The position numbers and the translations under genes were made by a program. A stretch of 64,000 nucleotides of DNA, taken from Spirochaetaceae bacterium (lineage in GTDB: Bacteria > Spirochaetota > Spirochaetia > DSM-2461). Shown here one piece after another: positions 1 through 10,451 of this stretch (positions are counted from its first letter, which is position 1; every line of letters starts with the position of its first letter). The notes under the pieces were generated by a model. That model was given only the letters and a program-made list of their open reading frames with translations, did no database searches and was not told the DNA's origin. The DNA is taken from NCBI GenBank assembly GCA_051531975.1, contig JAOPTT010000003.1:64001-128000 (forward strand), written 5' to 3'.

Positions 1-581
1 TTACCAAAGGTAAGAGAGAGAATAACTTTTTAGTGGCTCTAGGGGAAGCGAGATCTGTAAATATTAGTGACAAAGGTTCTAAAGGTTTAGCTACCGGTCT
101 TGGAATGGTTATTGATGGGAAAGTACTATTAGGTGATAATTTCTCTGCAGGGGAATTTAAAAGTTTTTTATGGAAAGGATCACAATTTTCACAATACTCA
201 ATATCAGATGACGATGCTTTTGGTTTATTAGAAAATAGAGAGAATACACTAATTGTAATAGAAGAACTGGTAAAACAATTAGCCCTATATGTAAATAGTT
301 TTAACTTTACAAAAGTTATTTTTGCAGGAATATTTAACGACTATAAAATGGATATTAAAAGAATACTAACAACAGAGATTAAAACCAATTGGGGATATTC
401 AAATACTCCAGAGGTACAAATAGAATTTACAACTTTTGGTGATTACGACGTATCCTATGGGGCCGCAGGTATGGTAGTAGAAAGATTTTTTACTACACCA
501 GATATTACTACAGCAGAGGATAAAAAAAGCCTAAAAGGAATAGATCTATTTAGTTCAATGAATTTCGCCGCTCATGAATAG
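1..581 (+). CDS. ROK family transcriptional regulator/sugar kinase, C-terminal part (5' truncated by window)
   Basis: Frame open from window start; GLGMVIDGKVLLGDNFSAGEF ROK motif and terminal YGAA. Confidence 0.8.
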   Translation, partial: TKGKRENNFLVALGEARSVNISDKGSKGLATGLGMVIDGKVLLGDNFSAGEFKSFLWKGSQFSQYSISDDDAFGLLENRENTLIVIEELVKQLALYVNSFNFTKVIFAGIFNDYKMDIKRILTTEIKTNWGYSNTPEVQIEFTTFGDYDVSYGAAGMVVERFFTTPDITTAEDKKSLKGIDLFSSMNFAAHE

Positions 582-2052
582 AGTGTCTAGTTATAATTTT
601 ACGTCCATTATCCGGTCTATTATGGCTAATATTACCAATAATCTGGGAAATACAGTCATATAAATCCAGCTGAACTATGGGCTTAATTAAATAAGCACTA
701 AAACCAGCATTCTCTAATCGAAGGGCATCTCCCCTACTATTAACTGATGTCAAAAGTACTAATGACAAACCACTTAATGCAACGTTTTCTTTTATCTTTT
801 TACATATTTCAAGTTCAATATTACTTTGAACTTTTTTATCAATAAGTATAATATTATATGGTACTGATTCTTTATAAGAGTCCAATATAACGTTAACAAT
901 ATCTTCAGAAAAAGTTGAAAAGTTATGCCTTACATCCCATTTAGATAGTATTGCACCAATAACATTACCACTTGAGATACTATCCCCTATACATAAAATA
1001 TTTGCATCGGATAGATCTCCAACATTAAATGACGAGCGCCTTCGATCACTCTTTTTAAGTGGGATTTTAAATATAAATGCGGTACCTCCCCCTTCAAGAT
1101 CAGTTACAGCCATTTGCCCATCCATAAGTTCCACTAACTGTTTTGAAATTGGCAGACCAAGGCCTATACCACTAAGTTCACGACGAATACTACTTTCATC
1201 ATGAGAAAAACTATCAAAAATATCAATTTTATCATTAGGGATACCAACACCTGTATCTGAAACAGAAAATATAAAATTAGATGATTTATCTGAATCTTCT
1301 TCCATAAGACAAGAGATTGTAATCCCACCCTTTTCTGTAAATTTTATTGCATTATCTGTTAAGTTTGACAAAATCTGTCTTATTCGACCTGGATCTCCAA
1401 TAAGAAATTCAGGGATATCAGAATCAACAATACAATTTAGATCTAACCCTTTATCATGGGCTCTATAAGAGAAGGATGAGACAAAATCATCTAACATAAA
1501 TTGCAAGTTAAATTTTATATCTTCTAACTCTAATTTGCCATCTTCAATTTTTGAGTAGTCAAACATATCTTCTATTATAGATAGTAAAGTTCCACTACTA
1601 TTTTTTAAAATTCTAATGTACTCCATCTGTTTATCATCTAAATCTGTCTCTGCTAAAAGTTCAGTCATTCCAACTATGCCATTCATAGGAGTTCTGATCT
1701 CATGGGATATATTTGATAAAAAGTCACTTTTAATTCGGGTTGAATTTTCAGCTTTTCTTGCCATTAAATCGGTTAATTCAATATTGCTTTCAAGTTCTAT
1801 GGCATTATTCTCTTGGATTAGAAGTTGTTTTTTAATTATTCGAAGTGTAGGAATAAAAGTTAAATAAATTGACAAAAAAACTATTACTAACAAAAGCATA
1901 TTCATTATTAAAGAGAACTGAACAGCACCTATATGTTTAGATAAAATTCTTGAGACTACATTAACAACAATGATGCTTAAAAATATTATAACACCACCAA
2001 TTATTGCTCTACTTTTTAATTCATTATATATATTATCTTTTTTAAATATCAC
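550..2052 (-). CDS. Membrane hybrid sensor histidine kinase (2 TM, HisKA, HATPase_c, receiver)
   Basis: FLSNISHEIRTPMNG H-box, NLTDNAIKFT, DTGVGI, GLGLPIS; C-terminal REC with AYLIKP. Confidence 0.9.
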   Translation of the reverse strand: MIFKKDNIYNELKSRAIIGGVIIFLSIIVVNVVSRILSKHIGAVQFSLIMNMLLLVIVFLSIYLTFIPTLRIIKKQLLIQENNAIELESNIELTDLMARKAENSTRIKSDFLSNISHEIRTPMNGIVGMTELLAETDLDDKQMEYIRILKNSSGTLLSIIEDMFDYSKIEDGKLELEDIKFNLQFMLDDFVSSFSYRAHDKGLDLNCIVDSDIPEFLIGDPGRIRQILSNLTDNAIKFTEKGGITISCLMEEDSDKSSNFIFSVSDTGVGIPNDKIDIFDSFSHDESSIRRELSGIGLGLPISKQLVELMDGQMAVTDLEGGGTAFIFKIPLKKSDRRRSSFNVGDLSDANILCIGDSISSGNVIGAILSKWDVRHNFSTFSEDIVNVILDSYKESVPYNIILIDKKVQSNIELEICKKIKENVALSGLSLVLLTSVNSRGDALRLENAGFSAYLIKPIVQLDLYDCISQIIGNISHNRPDNGRKIITRHSIHERRNSLN

Positions 2053-2113
2053 ACTTATAATATTAGTTTATCGGTCACAACAATGCAATTTTTTTATGTT
2101 AAAATTAATTAAT

Positions 2114-2141
2114 AAATGGACCTGCAAAAGCAAGTCCATTT
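2114..2141 (-). terminator. Intrinsic terminator-like hairpin after the nucleotidase gene
   Basis: aaatggac-ctgcaaaagcaa-gtccattt inverted repeat directly after the stop codon. Confidence 0.55.
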
Positions 2142-2145
2142 AATT

Positions 2146-4011
2146 CTATTTGATATCTACTGCAGTTATTGCACGAACATTCATAGTTCGTCCATCTTCT
2201 GATGTTGGTATCATTAAAGAACCATCTTTTGCTTTAGCCACAACTGCTTCAATTAGAGGATTATCAAAATCAAAACCAATAATTTCCCAGTTATTATCTA
2301 CATCAGGTGTTACAACACCATTTTTCTCTTCTTGTACATATTGAACAATTAAACTTCTTATTCGTCCAGCGTCCTGTATTGCAGCATATGAGTCATAATA
2401 TTTATCATCTAATGTTACAAGATCAAGTCCAATTAGTGTTCCAAACCGGTAGTTATTAACAGCCAATTTGTATACTTTAGCATCATCAATATCAGAACCG
2501 TTCATTGTTACATCTACAACTCGCTCACCAGCAGGGTTTCTAATATCAACATTGTAAGAAACACCAGAGAACATATCGTAGTTATAACCTCTTACATCAG
2601 GGTTAAAACTTACAGTTAAGTCACCCTCAGTCGTAGTATTATAATAAGATGCTGACCATTCCATATATTTCTTTAAGTTAGCACCAGTAATATTTACACC
2701 AACTAAAGTATTTGGATATTTATAGATATAAGCTACATCCTTTTTCATGAATGCACCTTCTTTTAAAGTAGAACCAAAGTTAAATAGTGCTGCAGAAGAT
2801 ACATCTGCCCCAGTATAAAACATCTGAACTTCGTTAATAAAGTCTATTACTGCAGTATCTTCGATCTGAGCTCTAGGCATAGTTGTAACTTTGTCTTCTC
2901 CAGTTAAGTAGTCAACACCGTTTACAAAATCACCTTCGATTTGACCAACAACCATGTTTGCATCTGCAACTGAGTCATCGTGAACAAATTTAAACTTCTC
3001 TAACATCGAAGCTTCTTCGTCTAATGGTTTAGTTTCAACATTTTTAGCTTCAACACCTAAAACAACCCATTTATCACCATCTTTTTTAACTTTAATGTCA
3101 GCTCTAGCTAAAGCCCAACCATATTTTCCAGGCTCAAGAATTGTAACATCTCCAACCATATCAACATATTTAGCATGCTCATGACCACCAAAAATAACAT
3201 CAAATTCTTGCATATTTTCAGCAATCTCAATTATAGCTTCAGCACCTCTGTCACTTGTTCTTCCCATGTGAAAAGCACCAACTAAAACATCGTATTGACC
3301 TTCCATCTGAGCTACAGCAGCTTGTACAGATTCTAAAGTACCTTTAAATTCTAAACCTTTAAAGTGAGATGGAGAAGAAGCTTCCCATTCAGGAACGTGG
3401 GGAGGTAGAACACCTACAACACCAACTTTACATCCGTTTACATCAAATATTTTGTAAGGCTGAACATAATCACTTCCATCGGCTTCTTCTTTTATATTAG
3501 AAGATAAAACTGCACCGTTAAATGCTAATACATTTCTATCTAAAAATGATTTTTCAAAGTTAAACTCATGGTTACCTAAAACCCATACATCAAAGTCCAT
3601 ATAGTTTAAAGCTTGAATCATTGGATGAGTATCTAAGTCGTTAAATAGATCTGCACTATTATCTTGAACAGTATCACCAACATCCATTAATATCATGTCT
3701 GGATTTGCTGCTCTCTCTGCCATTATCGCAGAATAAACTTTTGCTAACCCTGCATCGGAATCTGGAGCGTCAATTGCATAATCATATGCATAAATTCTTC
3801 CATGTACATCTGCAGTGGCACCAATTGCAATTGTCTGTTCTGTTAGATCTTTGTCACCTTTAATAGTAACATCCCCAGTTTGGGAATCGTACATGCTAAT
3901 TACCGATTGCTTAGAATCAGGTTTAGCAACTTTGTTGTTCATACAGCCTGTTAAAACCAATGAAACGGCTAGGATTGATAGAATCCCAGGATTAAATAGT
4001 CTTCTTTTCAT
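2146..4011 (-). CDS. Bifunctional 2',3'-cyclic-nucleotide phosphodiesterase/5'-nucleotidase lipoprotein (CpdB-like)
   Basis: Lipobox LTGC; metallophosphoesterase motifs ADVHG, DVGD, GNHEFN, GGHEH; 5'-nucleotidase C-terminal domain (YKYPNTL, YNYDMFSGVSY). Confidence 0.88.
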   Translation of the reverse strand: MKRRLFNPGILSILAVSLVLTGCMNNKVAKPDSKQSVISMYDSQTGDVTIKGDKDLTEQTIAIGATADVHGRIYAYDYAIDAPDSDAGLAKVYSAIMAERAANPDMILMDVGDTVQDNSADLFNDLDTHPMIQALNYMDFDVWVLGNHEFNFEKSFLDRNVLAFNGAVLSSNIKEEADGSDYVQPYKIFDVNGCKVGVVGVLPPHVPEWEASSPSHFKGLEFKGTLESVQAAVAQMEGQYDVLVGAFHMGRTSDRGAEAIIEIAENMQEFDVIFGGHEHAKYVDMVGDVTILEPGKYGWALARADIKVKKDGDKWVVLGVEAKNVETKPLDEEASMLEKFKFVHDDSVADANMVVGQIEGDFVNGVDYLTGEDKVTTMPRAQIEDTAVIDFINEVQMFYTGADVSSAALFNFGSTLKEGAFMKKDVAYIYKYPNTLVGVNITGANLKKYMEWSASYYNTTTEGDLTVSFNPDVRGYNYDMFSGVSYNVDIRNPAGERVVDVTMNGSDIDDAKVYKLAVNNYRFGTLIGLDLVTLDDKYYDSYAAIQDAGRIRSLIVQYVQEEKNGVVTPDVDNNWEIIGFDFDNPLIEAVVAKAKDGSLMIPTSEDGRTMNVRAITAVDIK

Positions 4012-5156
4012 TTTTGTTTCTCCTCTTTTGTAACAATAATAAAAATTATATTTGTAAGGGGTACAGTTAAAATGATACCTATACTCCCTGCAAGTGCCTG
4101 TATTATCTCTATTGATATTAGAGGTATATTGATAAACTGGGTAAATGACATGGATAATCCAGCAATCATTAAAATAAGTGTAAAAGAACTGCCCGTAAAT
4201 GCAAGTATTAAAGTATTTATCATGGTTCCTATAAGATCTCGCCCTATAGACATACCAGATTTAAACAGTTCTTTTGTTGTTATTAAAGGTTTATGTTTTT
4301 GTATTTCGTCTAATGCAGAAGTTAAACTCATAGCAACATCCATTACTGCTCCAGAAGATGCAATTAAAATAGCTATAAATAGAAAACCATTAATTCGGAT
4401 TCCAAAATCCTTGGCAATATATAAAATTTGCTCACCTTTTTCCATATTAACCCCGGATAGATGGGCAATCTTTGAAGTTATATAACTGATTAAACCAGCA
4501 ACAACTATTCCACCAATAGTTCCTAAAATAGCTATAAGGCTTTTTTTAGAAAACCCAGTCAATAAAATAAAACTAACTACTGTAATAACTGATAAAATTA
4601 ATATGGACAGTCCCATAGGATCAAATCCATTTAATATTAATGGGACTAATACAAAAAGTAACATGACACCTGTAAAAGATAGGGCAACCAAGGAACGAAA
4701 ACCTTGCCTACCAGCTATAAAAATAACTAGAAATAGAAACAAAAGTAGCAGGCCAGCAAGAAGTGGAATCCTATTATAGCTATATAACCAGACAACTAGT
4801 TTCCCATCGGGTTCAGTTCTTATAGAAAAAATATAAGTTTTCCCCTCTTCACCTAATACATTATGACCTTTACTTAGAGTATTAGAAATATTATAGGTTT
4901 CAGCTCTTTGGGTACCTGTTAAAATTTCTATAACAAGATCCTGTATACCTAATTGTCTACCTGAAACATAAGGGTCAAGATCTAATGTTTCAGATTTTAC
5001 AGACATCACTTTTCCAAAAACAAATGTTTGAGAAAAGTATTTTTGAGGTTGAAAAAATTCTAAGGAAAGAAAAACTATTATAAAATTAATTAGTATAATA
5101 CCAACTAAAAAAAATCGTCCATGTAATATTACTGTAATATTTTGTAATTTTTTCAT
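4008..5156 (-). CDS. YibE/F family membrane protein
   Basis: Multi-TM; GAVMDVAMS and GRDLIGTMINTLILAFTG motifs; start refined to MKKLQ; overlaps the next gene by 4 nt. Confidence 0.85.
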   Translation of the reverse strand: MKKLQNITVILHGRFFLVGIILINFIIVFLSLEFFQPQKYFSQTFVFGKVMSVKSETLDLDPYVSGRQLGIQDLVIEILTGTQRAETYNISNTLSKGHNVLGEEGKTYIFSIRTEPDGKLVVWLYSYNRIPLLAGLLLLFLFLVIFIAGRQGFRSLVALSFTGVMLLFVLVPLILNGFDPMGLSILILSVITVVSFILLTGFSKKSLIAILGTIGGIVVAGLISYITSKIAHLSGVNMEKGEQILYIAKDFGIRINGFLFIAILIASSGAVMDVAMSLTSALDEIQKHKPLITTKELFKSGMSIGRDLIGTMINTLILAFTGSSFTLILMIAGLSMSFTQFINIPLISIEIIQALAGSIGIILTVPLTNIIFIIVTKEEKQK

Positions 5157-5329
5157 TGTTTTAAGATAACACATATAATCGTATAGTCAAGTGTATTTTT
5201 TTCACCCACATTCAATAGATACGTAATTCGAATATTGCACGATAAATACGGCGATTATCGTAGAAGAAGGACTGTTGCATTAAGAGGGAACCAAAGAGTA
5301 TTATTATTGTATACAAAAGAGGTAACGAT

Positions 5330-6328
5330 ATGAATAAGATTATTAAATGGGGAATTTTAGGTTGTGGAAATATTGCAAACAAATTTGCAGAGAGTACAAT
5401 ACTATTAGATAGTGTAAAAATAGTTGCTGCTGCATCTAATACACCAGGAAAAGCAGAGACATTCGCCAACAAACATTCTATTAAAAGTTACTACTCAAAC
5501 TACCAGGAATTATTAGAAGATCCTGAGGTTGATGCTGTTTATGTTGCAACGACTCATAACTTTCATTATAAAAATGTAAAACAAGTTCTAGAATATAACA
5601 AACATGTACTTTGCGAAAAACCAATGACAGTTAATGGAAAAGAGATGAAGTCTTTAATAGAATTAGCTACAGAGAAACAGCTGTTTATGATGGAAGCTAT
5701 GTGGACTAGATTTTTACCAGCAATAACCCAATTAAGAGAGTGGCTTAGTACCGAATTAATTGGTGAAATTAAACAGATTAGAGCAACTTTTGGTTTCCAC
5801 TTTCCATTTGACCCTACCCATCGACTTTACAATTTAGATCTGGCGGGGGGAGCTCTACTAGATGCCGGGATATACCCTTTATCATTTGCTAATATGATTA
5901 TGGGAGATAAACCTATAGAGATAAAATCTATTGCAGATATCGGTTCTACAGGAGTAGATGAGCAATCAACCTATATTTTTAAATATCAGTCTGGAACTTT
6001 AGCATTTTTAAACTCTACTATTACAGGAAGTGTGGTATCTAGGGCAGAAATTGTAGGAACCAAAGGTAGGATAACAATCCCCCAGGGCTTTTTAGCTGCC
6101 AAAGAGATCTGGTTGGAGATAAATAATCAAAACACTGTAAAAAAGAATCTTAACTTCGATGATGAAACAGGGTTTTCATTTGAGATTGAAGCCGCCTCAA
6201 ACTCTATCAGAAAAGGTTTGTTGGAAAATGATATAATGCCACTTTCCGATACACTTCAGCTAATGGAAACTATTGATATAATTAAAGATCAGCTTGGATT
6301 GGTATATGCAAACGACCGGAATTCTTAA
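5330..6328 (+). CDS. Gfo/Idh/MocA family oxidoreductase
   Basis: WGILGCGNIA Rossmann fold, HVLCEKP, MEAMWTRFLP, GGALLDAGIYP. Confidence 0.9.
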   Translation: MNKIIKWGILGCGNIANKFAESTILLDSVKIVAAASNTPGKAETFANKHSIKSYYSNYQELLEDPEVDAVYVATTHNFHYKNVKQVLEYNKHVLCEKPMTVNGKEMKSLIELATEKQLFMMEAMWTRFLPAITQLREWLSTELIGEIKQIRATFGFHFPFDPTHRLYNLDLAGGALLDAGIYPLSFANMIMGDKPIEIKSIADIGSTGVDEQSTYIFKYQSGTLAFLNSTITGSVVSRAEIVGTKGRITIPQGFLAAKEIWLEINNQNTVKKNLNFDDETGFSFEIEAASNSIRKGLLENDIMPLSDTLQLMETIDIIKDQLGLVYANDRNS

Positions 6329-6473
6329 CTAATTTTTTTGCATATTTCTCAGTAGCAACATACATTTCAAAGAACTCATCCATTTGTGCCATAGTCATAT
6401 TATCTATGTCACAACTTGGATCTACATGCTCTTTGTAACACATTAATTCTATTTTTAACTGGGCTTCTGTCAT
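6282..6473 (-). CDS. Small hypothetical protein
   Basis: 63 aa with GGAG RBS upstream; overlaps the convergent gene end. Confidence 0.45.
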   Translation of the reverse strand: MTEAQLKIELMCYKEHVDPSCDIDNMTMAQMDEFFEMYVATEKYAKKLVKNSGRLHIPIQADL

Positions 6474-6583
6474 TATCTTCTCCGTGACAACATACTATAT
6501 CCATATTAAATAAAAGGATATTAAAAAAACTTTTAAGGTTATTAAAGGTAATGAATTAGCAAGGTTGGGTGTATAATTATAAT

Positions 6584-7060
6584 ATGAAAAAGGTATTATT
6601 AATATCTATCTTTATTATATTTTTCTCAAACAATATTAACGGGAATTCCCTTTATATTGAGATTAATCAGATGTTAGGATATAACGTTGGTTACGAAATG
6701 AAAAACTCAACTGGTTTAGGCTTTAGATTTGGTTTAGGTCTTTCAGTGTTTAATATAAAATCAGTGAGCTATAGTAGTGTTCTGTTTTACGAATTGCCAA
6801 TTAATTCCGATAATGTGTCTCTATCAATAAACATAGGACTTCCTCTAGCATATTTTGATCTGTGGGAAGAAAAATATTTAGACTGGGATCCTATTATAGA
6901 TACTCCATACGCTGGCTGGCTAATAGGCTCGACCATTAAATGCACAATTAAAAAACACTTTAGCATAAACTTAGGAGCTGCATACTGGATAGAGTGGCAG
7001 GAATATGGTGACGATAAAGATGGGTTTATGCCACTAGTCTTCTTAGGTTATTATTTCTAA
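6584..7060 (+). CDS. Hypothetical exported protein, possible outer-membrane beta-barrel
   Basis: Signal peptide MKKVLLISIF; alternating aromatic strands; C-terminal YYF. Confidence 0.6.
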   Translation: MKKVLLISIFIIFFSNNINGNSLYIEINQMLGYNVGYEMKNSTGLGFRFGLGLSVFNIKSVSYSSVLFYELPINSDNVSLSINIGLPLAYFDLWEEKYLDWDPIIDTPYAGWLIGSTIKCTIKKHFSINLGAAYWIEWQEYGDDKDGFMPLVFLGYYF

Positions 7061-7114
7061 TTGAATAGAGAATATAATTATACTATTATGTCCTTAATTA
7101 AAAGGATATTAAAA

Positions 7115-7900
7115 ATGGAAAAATGTAATAACAGCCATAAACAAGAATTATTAGAGACAATTAGACATAAAGCAGGAGAGAACTGTTTTTTATACGGAGA
7201 CATTGAAAACTTCAGCTTAGATTCAGACTTTATGGATGTCTGGAGAATAAAAAAATCTGGAATAACAACTTCAATACTACTTAGATATTATAAATTTTAT
7301 GTAGTTTATTGTTCCGACGACGATGACATAGAAGAGGTGTCCCAAATAATAAAAAAAGATAACAATGCTAGTGGCGTTTCAGGACTAACCACAACAGTAA
7401 ATAAATTAGGGAAATATATAGATTTTGATAAACTAAAAGAGATGTTTTTAGCTGAGTTAACATCTGCTACCTACAAACCATTTAAAGAGGTTGCAACACC
7501 ACAAAAAGCTGTTGAATCCGACTTAGATGATCTATTTAATTTTGAGTGCACAGTAGAAGAGTTTGAAGTAACAGAAGAGAATAGAGAATCCTTTGGTCAA
7601 GAAGTTATTACAGGTACTGGTAGAATTTATTTTATTAAGGAAAATGAAAAAATAATATCAACTGCAGCATTATCTGCTGAAAATAGTAAAAATGGTATGA
7701 TTATAGGTGTAGCAACAAATCCAGATTATAGGAGAAAAGGTTTTGCTAAATCATGTGTAGGATTATTATGTAAAGAGATGGTAGAAGAGAGTAAATCTGT
7801 ACTACTTTTTTATGATAACCCTACAGCAGGAATATTATACAAGGATCTTGGTTTTGTAGATATTAATAACTGGGGTATGGGAGTTTTAAAACACTCGTAA
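7115..7900 (+). CDS. GNAT family N-acetyltransferase (DUF4081/FR47-like)
   Basis: GVATNPDYRRKGFA acetyl-CoA motif; LFYDNPTAGILYKDLGF. Confidence 0.85.
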   Translation: MEKCNNSHKQELLETIRHKAGENCFLYGDIENFSLDSDFMDVWRIKKSGITTSILLRYYKFYVVYCSDDDDIEEVSQIIKKDNNASGVSGLTTTVNKLGKYIDFDKLKEMFLAELTSATYKPFKEVATPQKAVESDLDDLFNFECTVEEFEVTEENRESFGQEVITGTGRIYFIKENEKIISTAALSAENSKNGMIIGVATNPDYRRKGFAKSCVGLLCKEMVEESKSVLLFYDNPTAGILYKDLGFVDINNWGMGVLKHS

Positions 7901-7944
7901 AAATATCTCTACATCTGATAAATAGCGGAGTGATGTTGAATACC

Positions 7945-7991
7945 AAGAGAAACAGAATTATATCCATTATTGAAATAGTTCTGTTCCTCTT
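7945..7991. terminator. Hairpin between convergent genes
   Basis: aagagaaacagaatta...tagttctgttcctctt imperfect inverted repeat. Confidence 0.45.
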
Positions 7992-8002
7992 AGAATATAT
8001 AA

Positions 8003-8959
8003 TTATGCTCTAGATTTTTTATCTTTATTCATAGAATCGATTCCTACAACTACAAGGATAATTAATCCTTTTACTAAGTACTGAATGTAAACTTGAACAC
8101 CTAGTAGGTTAAACATATTCCCAATAATCGAAAGAATTAAAACACCAACAAGAGTACCAACAACACTACCCTCTCCACCGGAGACACTAGTTCCACCAAT
8201 AACAGTTGCTGCTATTGCATCAAGTTCATATCCCTGGCCTGCTAATGGAGTTGCAGAGTTTAGTCTGGAGGCATAAACAATACCTGCCATTGCAGCCATC
8301 CCTCCTCCTATTACAAATGTCATTATCTGGTAATAATCAACAGACACCCCAGATAATCTAGTGGCTTCTTTGTTTCCACCAACTGCACATGAATAACGTC
8401 CTAAAGGTGTCTTGTTTAGAGTAAATTGCCACACTACAACCATAAATACAAGAAGTATTATAGGAAATGGAATTGGACCTATATAACCTGAACCGATAAA
8501 TCTAAAACTATCTGAATATCCAGTTATAGGGTATCCTCCAGTATAAAGATAGGTTAATCCACGGACGATTGTCATTGTTCCTAATGTAGCAATTATTGAT
8601 ACTATTTTAATTTTAGCAGCCAATATACCATTTGCAAGACCAACAAAAGAACCAACAGCCAAAGCTATAACAACTGCAAATCCCCATGGCATTACCCCTT
8701 GTAGACCTAATACAACAGCAGCAGATAGAGCAAGTGTTGATCCAACTGAGATATCAAATCCTCCACCAATTATTACATAGGTAGTACCGATTGCCATAAT
8801 CCCAATAATAGAACTCTGTCTTAATATATTTAAAATATTTCTTGACGTTAAAAAGTTAGGAGTTATTATGGAAATAACCAAACAAATAACACTAAATATT
8901 ATCATTATGCCGTATTTCTTAAAAATATCCCGTATTTTAGTGTTTACAATATTAGTCAT
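8003..8959 (-). CDS. Monosaccharide ABC transporter permease (RbsC-like)
   Basis: GGFDISVGS, GGNKEATRLSGV, YELDAIAATVIGGTS. Confidence 0.92.
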   Translation of the reverse strand: MTNIVNTKIRDIFKKYGIMIIFSVICLVISIITPNFLTSRNILNILRQSSIIGIMAIGTTYVIIGGGFDISVGSTLALSAAVVLGLQGVMPWGFAVVIALAVGSFVGLANGILAAKIKIVSIIATLGTMTIVRGLTYLYTGGYPITGYSDSFRFIGSGYIGPIPFPIILLVFMVVVWQFTLNKTPLGRYSCAVGGNKEATRLSGVSVDYYQIMTFVIGGGMAAMAGIVYASRLNSATPLAGQGYELDAIAATVIGGTSVSGGEGSVVGTLVGVLILSIIGNMFNLLGVQVYIQYLVKGLIILVVVGIDSMNKDKKSRA

Positions 8960-10451
8960 TAATTTCTCCTTCTAATAATTTATTATAGATCTCTTTTTCT
9001 GAAACCCCTCGGTTACATATTTCATGGATATGACCTTTTTTCATTATCATTATTCTGTCTGAAATACCAACAATCTCAGGTACTTCTGTAGAGATAAATA
9101 TTATGGTCTTCCCTTTATCAGAAAGGTCCTGTACGATTTTATATATTGCATCCTTTGCTCCAACATCAACACCTCTAGTTGGCTCATCCATAATAATTAT
9201 ATCAGGGGCAGCTTCCAACCATTTCCCAATTATCACTTTCTGCTGGTTCCCACCACTAAGGGTTTTAACATCCTGATAAATTGAATTAATCTTAACATTC
9301 ATTTTATTTATTATTGATTTGGTTGATAGTTTCTCAGATTCAAAGGAGATCAAACCTTTAGTAACATGTTTTTCTAACGAGGCAAGTGTACAATTTGTTA
9401 CGACAGAATGTTCCTGTATTAGTCCTACTTTTTTCCGATCTTCAGGAAGCAGACCAATACCTAGCTTTTTACCTTTTTTAGGACTGGAGATTATAACTTT
9501 TTTATTGTTTATATAAATGTTTCCAGAGGTTGCTCTATCCCCACCAAACAGAACCATAGCTAGTTCAGTTTTTCCAGCACCGATAACCCCGGTAATACCT
9601 AAGACCTCACCCTTATAAACAGAGAAAGAGACGTTTTTTACTTTATTAAAAAAAGATAAGTTCTCAACTCTCAGAATCTCAGAATCAAAGCTTTTATTAC
9701 TTTTTTTCACACAACTACTCTGAAAGTCCTCTCCTACCATCATTTTTATTATTTTTTGCTCTGTAACGTCTTGAATATCTACTGTACCAACAAACTTCCC
9801 ATCTTTTAAAACAGTAGCTCGATCTGCTATCTCAAATACCTCTGATAAATAGTGAGTAATATATATTATTGTGACATTTTTTTTTCTAAGTTCAGCAATT
9901 ATAGAGAAAAGGTATTCAGTCTCTTTGTCTGTTAATGCATCTGTAGGTTCATCCATTATAATCAGGTTTGAATTCCTGGATATACACTTTAAGATCTCAA
10001 CTAGTTTCTTTTCTGCTGCGGTTAAGTTATATACTATGATTTCAGGATCGAAGTAAAACCCCATTTTTTCACATAATATATCATATCTTTCTCGGTTTTT
10101 TTTATTATTAAAAATTCCAAATTTTGATTTCTCTTCAACACCAAGGAATACATTATCTATTATTGATAGCTCTTCTATTAGACTTGTTTCTTGAAATATA
10201 ACTCCAATACCATTGTTGTAGGCTTGTGCTGGTGTCTGGTAACTACTCTTTTTTCCATTTAATAAAATAGTTCCATTGTCTCTATGGTATACCCCAGTTA
10301 TTATCTTTATAAGTGTCGACTTTCCTGCACCGTTCTCACCTAACAAAGCATGGATTTCTCCACTATTTATATCGAAGGATATATCATCTAAAACTTTTAC
10401 TCCAAAAAAGGACTTATTAATGTTCTTAATCTGTAAAACTTTCTCGGTCAT
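8952..10451 (-). CDS. Monosaccharide ABC transporter ATP-binding protein (RbsA-like, two NBDs)
   Basis: GENGAGKST, MDEPT, YITH, LSGGNQQKV, DEPTRGVDVGAK. Confidence 0.93.
   Translation of the reverse strand: MTEKVLQIKNINKSFFGVKVLDDISFDINSGEIHALLGENGAGKSTLIKIITGVYHRDNGTILLNGKKSSYQTPAQAYNNGIGVIFQETSLIEELSIIDNVFLGVEEKSKFGIFNNKKNRERYDILCEKMGFYFDPEIIVYNLTAAEKKLVEILKCISRNSNLIIMDEPTDALTDKETEYLFSIIAELRKKNVTIIYITHYLSEVFEIADRATVLKDGKFVGTVDIQDVTEQKIIKMMVGEDFQSSCVKKSNKSFDSEILRVENLSFFNKVKNVSFSVYKGEVLGITGVIGAGKTELAMVLFGGDRATSGNIYINNKKVIISSPKKGKKLGIGLLPEDRKKVGLIQEHSVVTNCTLASLEKHVTKGLISFESEKLSTKSIINKMNVKINSIYQDVKTLSGGNQQKVIIGKWLEAAPDIIIMDEPTRGVDVGAKDAIYKIVQDLSDKGKTIIFISTEVPEIVGISDRIMIMKKGHIHEICNRGVSEKEIYNKLLEGEIND

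Noticed and set aside
5212..5472. 86-aa ORF and the acgataa...ttatcgt hairpin as a possible riboswitch
   Set aside because: The ORF is antisense to the Gfo gene, and the hairpin matches no riboswitch consensus I recognise.
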